Below are positions 1 to 7,989 of a stretch of DNA of 19,407 nucleotides, piece after piece. Origin of the DNA: a bacterium (GTDB taxonomy: Bacteria > Electryoneota > Electryoneia > Electryoneales > Electryoneaceae); the NCBI GenBank assembly GCA_043801585.1, contig JAZDLX010000073.1:1-19407 (forward strand). The letters are read 5' to 3'. Position numbers and translations under genes: made by a program. Within the stretch, counting starts at the first letter, position 1, and each line of letters starts with the position of its first letter. Under the pieces are notes generated by a model that saw only the letters and a list, made by a program, of their open reading frames with translations, had not been told where the DNA came from and searched no databases.

Positions 1-434
1 TCAAGTATGTGGCACGCCACTGACATCGAACACAAAACATGCGACTACGATCGCGAATAGCAGCACGACAACACGGTCAAGGGAAAACAGGCGGAGAAGG
101 CACATGACCCTTGACTGCTCTACATAGCAGTCGGGCCACCCGTCAGCTGTCCTGTCTACGCGTTGCTACGACATGGCAGGCGGGGCAGCCAGGCCACACG
201 ATAGTGAACTCCGCTTCCATGAAACCCGGGTAATCCGCCTTCGATGAACTATGGCGGACAACCCGGGCCACACGACCACAAACATCAACCTACTCCAAGA
301 GCAATGAGGTTCCGCTGTTCGGTAGAAACTCCTATATTTAGTAGAATTTTCTACCATACGAGGGGGACAAATCCTTCACACCCGTTTTGATTTGCATTCA
401 CAACTCGCAGAATCCACCTCCAAAAGACAGAGAG

Positions 435-1274
435 ATGAAAGCAAAAACCTTTCACTTTACAGGTATTGCAGCATTCCTTGTGATTCTTTTCTCAATGCCG
501 GTTGGTCACGCCGTGATGATCCTGATCGAGAAGGTTTTCGGCCCGAGCTATATGTATCCAGGCGCTGGTGCCCTCGGACTTGGGGGAGCGTTGATGGTGC
601 TTTGGGGGGCAAGGGCGAAAGGGGAGCTGAAAGCCACCTGGCTCGGGTATTTCGGAGGGATTCTCGTCTGGACGGGATGGGTGGAATTCGCTTTCGTCTT
701 TCAAGCCCGCCACCTCGGCATCCCGCCCCAGATGGTTGACGGTGAGGTCGCCACGAAACCCGAATACCTGCTCATGCCCTCGTCGCTAGGCCTGCTTCTC
801 GCCGCGATGCTCTACTTCCTTTTCAACCCCGAAACAAGGTGCAACTTCTTCACCTGGCTGCAGCGCAACCTGCGGCTTGGAATCGAACGCGAGTCCGCGC
901 CCGCAGGCCGCAATTACTCCATCGTCACCTTCATGGAAACCACCTTTGTACTCTGGTTTTTCTACATCCTGTTGCTACTCGTTTACGACGAGCGCCTCTT
1001 CGGGGACGATCACCCGGCCACCTTCGTGGTGTTTGCCGGTTCGCTGGTGTGGTCTCTCTACCTGTTTACACGGTTGCTCAAGTTCCGCCGCATGGCGCCC
1101 GCCGTTCGCTACGGCATTCCGACAGTGGTGATATTCTGGAACACTGTGGAGATCCTGGGACGGTGGGGTTTCTTTCGCGAGGTGTGGATCGAACCCCAAC
1201 GTTACGCTCTTGAGATGATTCTCATCCTAGCGTCGTTCGTAGCCGCCGGAGTCCTCGCGCACCGCATGCAGTGA
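435..1274 (+). CDS. Uncharacterised integral membrane protein (~8 predicted TM helices)
   Basis: ORF 387..1274. In-frame ATG at 435 follows a purine-rich tract (GACAGAGAG), giving MKAKTF..., 279 aa. About eight hydrophobic segments with short loops. No family motif I can name. Start position is uncertain. Confidence 0.8.
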   Translation: MKAKTFHFTGIAAFLVILFSMPVGHAVMILIEKVFGPSYMYPGAGALGLGGALMVLWGARAKGELKATWLGYFGGILVWTGWVEFAFVFQARHLGIPPQMVDGEVATKPEYLLMPSSLGLLLAAMLYFLFNPETRCNFFTWLQRNLRLGIERESAPAGRNYSIVTFMETTFVLWFFYILLLLVYDERLFGDDHPATFVVFAGSLVWSLYLFTRLLKFRRMAPAVRYGIPTVVIFWNTVEILGRWGFFREVWIEPQRYALEMILILASFVAAGVLAHRMQ

Positions 1275-1313
1275 TCGCAGCAGCGCCGCAAGGGGTGGAA
1301 CCCACGATTCGCT

Positions 1314-1958
1314 TCAGCGCTCGGCTTTGAAGGTGCTGTCGGCGTGCCAGAACTTCTCGATGAACCCCTCTCTGCCCGACCCTGCCTTGTACGCGTTGTA
1401 CCGGAGCGGGTTCTTTTTATAGTAGTCCTGATGGTAGTCCTCCGCCCTGTAGAACTCACTGGCGGGGAGAATTTCCGTGGCGATGGGCCGGTCAAACTTG
1501 CCCGATTTCCCAAGGATTTCCCTGGACTTTTCCGCCTGTCGGCGCTGCTCATCGCCATGATAGAAGATGGCGGTGTGGTACTGACTCCCGCGATCGGCGA
1601 ACTGACCGCCACGGTCGGTGGGATCGATGTTCTGCCAGAAGGTTTTCAGCAACGTTTGATAATCCACGACGGCGGGATCGTAAACAATCTCGACCGCTTC
1701 CCGATGGCCGGTGGCTCCGGCGGACACCTCCTGATAGGTGGGATTCTTCTTCGTCCCGCCGGTGTACCCGGAGATCACATCCTTGACGCCATCGAGTTTC
1801 TGGAAGGGCGGTTCCATGCACCAGAAGCACCCCCCGGCAAACGTGGCCACGGCCAGGGTGCTGTCGTTTTCGGCGGGTTTCGCCTGTAGGGATGGTTTCA
1901 TGGGGCTCCCGAAAAGAAATGCTAAAGCTATGATAATCGTCAGCAGGATTCGTTTCAT
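1314..1958 (-). CDS. msrA: Peptide-methionine (S)-S-oxide reductase MsrA with N-terminal signal peptide/anchor
   Basis: Motifs FAGGCFWC, SGYTGG, NPTY.EV, GH.EAV, IDPTD.GGQF.DRG.QY and AEDYHQDYY. ATG at 1958 (MKRILLTIIIALAFLFG) has a GAGGAG RBS at 1965-1970 on the minus strand. The longer ORF-track start (2099) is less plausible. Confidence 0.95.
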   Translation of the reverse strand: MKRILLTIIIALAFLFGSPMKPSLQAKPAENDSTLAVATFAGGCFWCMEPPFQKLDGVKDVISGYTGGTKKNPTYQEVSAGATGHREAVEIVYDPAVVDYQTLLKTFWQNIDPTDRGGQFADRGSQYHTAIFYHGDEQRRQAEKSREILGKSGKFDRPIATEILPASEFYRAEDYHQDYYKKNPLRYNAYKAGSGREGFIEKFWHADSTFKAER

Positions 1959-2295
1959 GCCGGTCTCCTCCCGTTCTCGATGCGCTTCCAAGGTACATGC
2001 CGGGGTGACCCGGTTGTTCCCGTTCCATCCGCCGATCGAAGGCGAGCGGAGATCGCTTTCGTCCGGCGAAGAAGAACCATCATGACTCAATGATCGCAAC
2101 TGTGGAAAAACCTGAAGGGAGACAGCTTCCCGGATGCTCCCCGCTCGACACGGAGGGAAGACCTGCTGTGCCGGGAATGATCCTGATCTTCAGTAGTCAA
2201 GATTGGAACAGCCTGAATGATGAGGCAGGATTCTCTTTGAATCAATCAAGAATTGGCCATCGATAGCGTTCGATAACGAAGAGGGAGAAACCCGA

Positions 2296-2342
2296 TTTTT
2301 GTCATTCTGAATGCCGATCCTTCGGGGTCAGGATGATAAAAA
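2296..2342. repeat. Intergenic imperfect inverted repeat (REP-like hairpin or terminator) with a C-UUCG-G loop
   Basis: TTTTTGTCATTCT (2296-2308) pairs with AGGATGATAAAAA (2330-2342) using G-U pairs. Inner GATCC-TTCG-GGGTC hairpin at 2316-2329. Confidence 0.45.
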
Positions 2343-2468
2343 GTTGCAGCGTCTGGACGATAAAAAAATGCGGCGTCAGGTTGATACTCCAATCCAGTCT
2401 TGACCCTTCTCTATACCCGGATCACCGGATGACGTCTGTTCCATCTCGTTCGAAAAGACGATCCTACC

Positions 2469-3962
2469 CTATCGTTTTCGGTCCGCTGAAACATCAAAGG
2501 TGATTAAAAGCATTTTGTATTTTTCCTGAAGAATCTTATTCCACTTCCTGTTTTCGATCGCATCTTTTCGCAGCCGCCAGGTTTCCGATCCTTCTGACAG
2601 GTCATTGATCAACATCCATCCATATTCGTACTGCGTGTCTTTCAACAGCAGGAGAACAACACGCTGCTGTTCGTTGATCCACCTGTCATCCAGTAGCCTT
2701 TGAATGCCGGACTCACTAACCCTGTATTGTCCCAACTGAGAAAGCTGGATGACCTTCTTGACTTCCGAATCGGTCAGCGATGGTGTCACCCGCATCACAG
2801 TTTCACGCATTCTGACGGGGTTCCTGAAGGTTTTCGACTCGATTTCCAGCAATCCCTCGTCCTCAATGCCCTGGCTCCTCAGTTCCTCGATAACCTCCGG
2901 TCCGCAGCGAAAATGGACTTGCCGTGAAACCTGTTTCTGAAAAACGTTGTCAACGAAGAAGAGCAACAGGAACGACATCACTCCCGCCAGGATCGGCGAG
3001 CTGACCCAACCGAGGGAGATCTCCCCCATCACCTTGTATCGGATTCCCATGCCCCGCTTCAACAGCCCGATGCCGAGGACGGCGCCGACGACCGCCTGGG
3101 AACTCGAAACAGGCACAAGTGGAATCGTCGGCAACCCGTGACTCGCGAGAAACGTTTCCAACCCTTCTGAAGCGAAGAGAAACAGAACGATTGATTGCGC
3201 GAGTACAACAACCAGTGCCGCGAGAGGGGTCAACTTGAGCAGACCGCCACCAACGGTTTTCATCACCCGTTCCGAGTAGGTGAACACCCCGACCCCGATG
3301 GCTAATGCACCGAGGAAGAAGAGTTGCTGGCTTCCGGACACCGCTACCCCGGCGATGACGTGGTCGCTGAAAGGATTTGCCGTGACGAACACCCCCATGA
3401 CATTGGCGATGTTGTTTGCGCCAAGGCTGTACGACCCGAAAGCTCCGACAACAATCAGGCCTATTCGTGTGAGGTTATCCAAGTGGAGCAGATGCAGTTT
3501 TGAACGGAGAACGAACTCTCGCATCATCACATAGAGGATCATCGCGATGATCGCGGAGAGGATCGGACAGACGATCCAGGTGCCGACAATTTTGCCCAGC
3601 GACTGTGTGTTGGTGACGGATTCGGAATAAAGATTCCAGCCGATGATCGCCCCGACAATCGCCTGAGAGGTGGACACGGGGAGATTGCGACGTGTCATCC
3701 AGAGCACTGTCAGCGCTGCGGAGAGTGCAACGGTAAAGGAACCGGCGATCGCGTTCACAGCACCGAGGCTGCCCAGAGTTTGAGCCGCGCCCGCTCCGCT
3801 GACAGTTGCTCCGATGACAACGAAAATCGAACAGATCAGCGCTGCGGTACGAAAACGGATCATCCGAGTGCCAACGGCGGTGCCGAAGACATTGGCTGCA
3901 TCGTTCGCGCCGAGGGACCAACCGAGGAAAAGGCCGCTGGAGAGATAAAGAAGCAATTCCAT
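2469..3962 (-). CDS. pit: PiT-family (PHO4) inorganic phosphate/anion transporter with a long soluble C-terminal extension
   Basis: Signatures GANDAANVFGTAVG and GANNIANVMG; PVSTSQAIVGA and PVSSSQAVVGA motifs; ~10 hydrophobic helices. GAGGA RBS overlaps the upstream DUF47 stop codon. Confidence 0.92.
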   Translation of the reverse strand: MELLLYLSSGLFLGWSLGANDAANVFGTAVGTRMIRFRTAALICSIFVVIGATVSGAGAAQTLGSLGAVNAIAGSFTVALSAALTVLWMTRRNLPVSTSQAIVGAIIGWNLYSESVTNTQSLGKIVGTWIVCPILSAIIAMILYVMMREFVLRSKLHLLHLDNLTRIGLIVVGAFGSYSLGANNIANVMGVFVTANPFSDHVIAGVAVSGSQQLFFLGALAIGVGVFTYSERVMKTVGGGLLKLTPLAALVVVLAQSIVLFLFASEGLETFLASHGLPTIPLVPVSSSQAVVGAVLGIGLLKRGMGIRYKVMGEISLGWVSSPILAGVMSFLLLFFVDNVFQKQVSRQVHFRCGPEVIEELRSQGIEDEGLLEIESKTFRNPVRMRETVMRVTPSLTDSEVKKVIQLSQLGQYRVSESGIQRLLDDRWINEQQRVVLLLLKDTQYEYGWMLINDLSEGSETWRLRKDAIENRKWNKILQEKYKMLLITFDVSADRKR

Positions 3963-3972
3963 GCGCCTGTCC

Positions 3973-4614
3973 TCACATCATCCGTTTGATTGAGTAAATG
4001 CTCAAACGCTGAGCGGCATTCTCCGCGGCGTCCGAAACTTCTTCAACGTTGGTCGCGAAATACCTGAGATGCATCTTCTTCGCGAGTTCAATGTTGCTCT
4101 GGAAGATCAGCCGTTTCAAGGAATCACTCATGCGATCGGCCTCGCGTTCATAGAAAAAGACTTTGTGAGCCAGATCCTGCACGGCTCGAACATCACGGAA
4201 AAAAGCGCGTTCAGCGGAGACGAGCGCATCCGTCGCGAGCGCGGATGATTCAGCGAGATCCAGAAAACCGCGATGCATCGATTCCGGGACATCCGGATGT
4301 TCCTGCGAGAAGAGCATCAACGTGCTTTTGATGGTATCGATCACGTTATCGGTGCTTTCGAGCATCCCCAGCACGTCCCCCCGGTTTTCCGGTATCAGTG
4401 ACTTGGAATACATCTGGTTTTCAACAGCATGGCTGTTGGTGTCCGCTTCCGCCTCCAGCATCTGGATCTGATGCAGACGCACATCGAAAGTCTGAAAATC
4501 ACGGTTGAGGTAGCTATCGATCGCTGGCCGAAAGATCAGTCCGGCTTCTGCGACCTTATTCAAAAACTCATCAATCTGAGAGATGATGGCTCGTGTTGGT
4601 CCAGTGAACAGCAT
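3973..4614 (-). CDS. DUF47 / PhoU-like phosphate transport regulator (PiT accessory protein)
   Basis: 213-aa helical protein with duplicated E.EAD motifs (LEAEADT, YEREADR), LIP.NR.D and D.AE. Lies directly upstream of pit, the usual arrangement. GGAGGA RBS at 4618-4623. Confidence 0.9.
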   Translation of the reverse strand: MLFTGPTRAIISQIDEFLNKVAEAGLIFRPAIDSYLNRDFQTFDVRLHQIQMLEAEADTNSHAVENQMYSKSLIPENRGDVLGMLESTDNVIDTIKSTLMLFSQEHPDVPESMHRGFLDLAESSALATDALVSAERAFFRDVRAVQDLAHKVFFYEREADRMSDSLKRLIFQSNIELAKKMHLRYFATNVEEVSDAAENAAQRLSIYSIKRMM

Positions 4615-4941
4615 GGCTCCTCCCCGATGCTGCGATGACTCCGTTGGTCAGGAGTACCTGTGAGTGAAAAAAGTTGAACTATGGTAAACGTCTTAAAAAA
4701 CTTACCCATAGGCAAGTGATCGGCCTCTCAATTGTAGAATCATTGTATTACCCGTTTCGGACCTGAAATACAATGATCCTGCATCTTGATAAACAACAGC
4801 GTCTTGTCACCAACAGTTTGTTGCTCCATCAATAAATAAACAATATTATCTCTTCATTCATCATCTGCATAATGCTGTTTTCTTCGGACTTCCGTATCTT
4901 TCGTTTGACACGAGCCAGCAGCACATTCCATTAAATTCTAA
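4615..4941. promoter_or_regulatory. AT-rich divergent promoter region between the DUF47-pit operon and the sensor gene
   Basis: Non-coding, visibly AT-richer than its flanks, and between divergently oriented genes. Individual promoter elements could not be assigned. Confidence 0.45.
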
Positions 4942-7929
4942 TTGATGCCGATGACCAGATCAATGTTCAAATTGCGAATCAATGTTCTCTCGCTTGTCGT
5001 TGCACTCCTCTTCTCAGTCTCGGCGGGCAAGAGTGAATCCGTCTATCCAGTCCGGACATTCGAGGAAGGCCAGTTCCCGAAGGTTGGCAATGTGTTTGGC
5101 CTGCTGCAGGATCAGCAGGGCATCCTCTGGATATGGGGATCACGAGGAATCACCACCTACGATGGGAATCGATTTACTCACTTCTCTACCGATCAGGGTC
5201 TCCCCTCCAACTACGTGTACAACATACGTCAGAAGGACGATGGGACGCTGGCCATCTGCACCTATCGCGGGATGGTATCCTATCAACCCGGTTCTTTCCA
5301 TTTCACTCCCGTGGTCGATCCGGTCATTGGACCGATACGGGATGTAGTGTTTCATCCCCTGGGATTGCTTCTCGCCACGGACCACGGTGTGATTCTCTAC
5401 CGAAGTGGTCTTTTCTACCTCCTTCCAAATCTGAAACAGGATAATAACCTTAATCACACGCTGATGGTTCACCGCATTGACTGGGATCCCGTGTTGAACC
5501 AGGTCTGGGCAGCTACGGACCGGTGGGGATTGTTGCGCCTGAACATGGATGATCTTCCCCCGTTGCTCGATCTGGATCCCACTTATGAAAGACCTGACAG
5601 CATCATCTACGATCCCCTTAATTACGGGAGTGAGGTTCCGAGTTTCTCCAAACCCGGACATTTCCGACTCGCTGACTCGACCGATCGACTCGAACGGTGG
5701 CACCGTGTCAGCACACTCCTGTCGAGACCGGAGAGTGGGACAAAAAGTTGGTTTCCCAGCGGTTGGTCGACCTATGGCGTTCTTTTCGATCAGCGGCGGG
5801 CAAGGGCCATTGTATGGGATAATTTCAACGCCTATACGGTCACCCACAACACCATCACCCGTGTTGTCAAATTCCCGTCAAACGTCTCCCTCAATTCCGT
5901 AGTCCTCCTCGAAGATGGGAGGCTGAGTTTCGCCCGAAACGACGGTTTATTCTTCCTGGAGGAAGACGATAGCCTTCATCACCTGTCAGCCGCTAATGGG
6001 CTTCCGTCCAATGTGGTTATGACTCACCTGGTTGATCATGAGGGGCATATCTGGTTTGTCAATAATTACGGTGACCTTTACCGAATGACGACCACCGCCC
6101 TCGATCTCTATTCTGCGAAGAATTACCCGATTCTTCAGGACATGAGGCAGACATTGGTTACAGGTGACGGTGAAATCCTCGCGGCTTCCGCCCATGGGAT
6201 CGTATCCGTTTCCAACGGCATGCTGAAAACCGTTGTCACTTTTGATAACCTGGAAAGTGATTTCATCAACTTTGCTGAAGACAAGAAATCGAACCTGTTG
6301 ATCGGGACCACGACGCGCCTTTACCTGTTCGATCGCGGTACCGGCCGTCTTCGCCCTCTCACGGAAGCAGGAGCTCCTCACGTCGGGCGAATGGATATTG
6401 CCAGGGATGGAGATGGGAATCTTCGTTTCGCATACCAGGAATTGCTGCGGAAATGGGATGGAGAAAAGCTGTCAACCGAATACTTTGACACCTACACGAA
6501 TTCATTGTTCATCGACGCGGGTCCGGGAAACCGCCTTCACATCGGCCAGTGGGTTCGCCTGATTACCATTGACAGCTGGGGAATGAGAATGCTGATGCGC
6601 GGGGAGATCCGTCAGAAAACAGATCTCCGACCGGGTGTTGGACCCGAAACGCGCATTTCACTCCCGGATACCCTTTTCATGGATAATGTCGCCGCGATGG
6701 ACGGAGCCGTCGGACCGGACGGCGCCTATTGGGTGGGAACGTTCAACGCAGGCATTTTGCGGCTCGAGGAATCACCCGATGTGGAAGGCACATTCCGCTC
6801 CCTGAAGGTTTTCGACACACGTTCCGGATTGCCTACCAACCAGGTCAGTCATCTTTCACGGGATTCAAACGGGAATCTCTATTTCACTCTCGTTCCCGGT
6901 GCGGTGATGGTTACCAAGGATGGCCTGGAGATGGTCGATCTGCCGATCCCCGCGGAAGCGACGATCCAGGATGTTCTCCGCATCGATCCCACTTACACCG
7001 TGGTCGCATCATCTCACGGCCTGTTCCTCTCCGACCAGAAAAACTGTTATGGACTTGACCGCAACATGGGTCTGCCCGAGAGTGCAGTGACTAACCTGCA
7101 CTTGCTTCCCGATAACCGTTTTCTTGCCCAACAGCAGAACGGTTTCTACATCGTTGATCCGAAGGTATTGGAAAAAATGGAACACCAGATCCACCGTCCG
7201 ATTGTCACCGAGGTCATCGCCGATGGTACTCAGCGGGATCTGAATAAATCCGTTCAAATTCTCGACCGCCGCCGATCCATGCGAGCTCACATCGCACTGC
7301 CCGATTATTTCAACGAGAGTCTCCACACCTTTTCGTGGATTCTTGAACCGTTCGAGGAGAGCTGGCGTCCATGGACTCAGCAAAGCGTGATCGAATACAC
7401 CAATATTCCTCCGGGCAACTACACCCTTCGCGTCAAAGCGCGAAACGGCATCGATAAGAGGGAAACGTTCGCCACCCCCGTTTCGATCACGGTTCCTCCC
7501 CGTTTTCACGAAACGGCGCTATTCACCCTGCTGATGGTGCTGGGGACCACAATGCTGCTGATGCTGCTTGTGTTCTGGATTGTCCGTCGCCAGCAGATCA
7601 GTCAGCGAAAGAATTTTAAAATGGAAATGGAACAACTGCGCGTGGCAAATCAACTTGCGGCGACCATTGCGCATGAGTTTAACAATCCATTGCAGGTGAT
7701 GCAGGGTGCCTATTTCATGTTGAAACGGGAGGACATCGATGCAGCAACACGTCAGCGTTACCTCGATCTGCTGCCAAAATACATCGATCGGATGAGAAAT
7801 CTGATCCAGCGACTCCTGCGTCTGAAAGATGTTCGCGAAATGGACTACGCCGCCGGTTTGAAAATTCTCGAAGTCGATTCCCCGGACGAACCGAAAGAGG
7901 AGACCACCGGTTCCGGCAAGGAGCCCTGA
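4942..7929 (+). CDS. Membrane sensor: signal peptide + two-component regulator beta-propeller repeats + Y_Y_Y domain + TM + HisKA (DHp) domain, lacking HATPase
   Basis: Reg_prop-type repeats (QDQQGILWI, DQGLPSNYV, ANGLPSNVV..DHEGHIWF, RSGLPTNQV..DSNGNLYF, MGLPESAV). Y_Y_Y motif IEYTNIPPGNYTLRVKARN. TM ALFTLLMVLGTTMLLMLLVFWIV. H-box AATIAHEFNNPL (His codon 7672-7674). Start could be 4942, 4945, 4951 or 4963. Confidence 0.88.
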   Translation: MMPMTRSMFKLRINVLSLVVALLFSVSAGKSESVYPVRTFEEGQFPKVGNVFGLLQDQQGILWIWGSRGITTYDGNRFTHFSTDQGLPSNYVYNIRQKDDGTLAICTYRGMVSYQPGSFHFTPVVDPVIGPIRDVVFHPLGLLLATDHGVILYRSGLFYLLPNLKQDNNLNHTLMVHRIDWDPVLNQVWAATDRWGLLRLNMDDLPPLLDLDPTYERPDSIIYDPLNYGSEVPSFSKPGHFRLADSTDRLERWHRVSTLLSRPESGTKSWFPSGWSTYGVLFDQRRARAIVWDNFNAYTVTHNTITRVVKFPSNVSLNSVVLLEDGRLSFARNDGLFFLEEDDSLHHLSAANGLPSNVVMTHLVDHEGHIWFVNNYGDLYRMTTTALDLYSAKNYPILQDMRQTLVTGDGEILAASAHGIVSVSNGMLKTVVTFDNLESDFINFAEDKKSNLLIGTTTRLYLFDRGTGRLRPLTEAGAPHVGRMDIARDGDGNLRFAYQELLRKWDGEKLSTEYFDTYTNSLFIDAGPGNRLHIGQWVRLITIDSWGMRMLMRGEIRQKTDLRPGVGPETRISLPDTLFMDNVAAMDGAVGPDGAYWVGTFNAGILRLEESPDVEGTFRSLKVFDTRSGLPTNQVSHLSRDSNGNLYFTLVPGAVMVTKDGLEMVDLPIPAEATIQDVLRIDPTYTVVASSHGLFLSDQKNCYGLDRNMGLPESAVTNLHLLPDNRFLAQQQNGFYIVDPKVLEKMEHQIHRPIVTEVIADGTQRDLNKSVQILDRRRSMRAHIALPDYFNESLHTFSWILEPFEESWRPWTQQSVIEYTNIPPGNYTLRVKARNGIDKRETFATPVSITVPPRFHETALFTLLMVLGTTMLLMLLVFWIVRRQQISQRKNFKMEMEQLRVANQLAATIAHEFNNPLQVMQGAYFMLKREDIDAATRQRYLDLLPKYIDRMRNLIQRLLRLKDVREMDYAAGLKILEVDSPDEPKEETTGSGKEP

Positions 7930-7989
7930 TCATTCCCGACAATGGCGGTTCAACCTGCGAAAAAGGATGTCACGGTGTTCCTCACTTTG

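Noticed and set aside
1959..2099. Longer MsrA start
   Set aside because: Low-complexity, non-homologous sequence. ATG 1958 has a clear RBS and begins a signal-peptide-like segment.
4615..4941. Pho box upstream of DUF47-pit
   Set aside because: No convincing pair of CTGTCAT-like repeats at 11-bp spacing.
7800..7989. Frameshifted HATPase continuation of the sensor
   Set aside because: There is insufficient space before the convergent sus gene, and I saw no N/G-box motifs.
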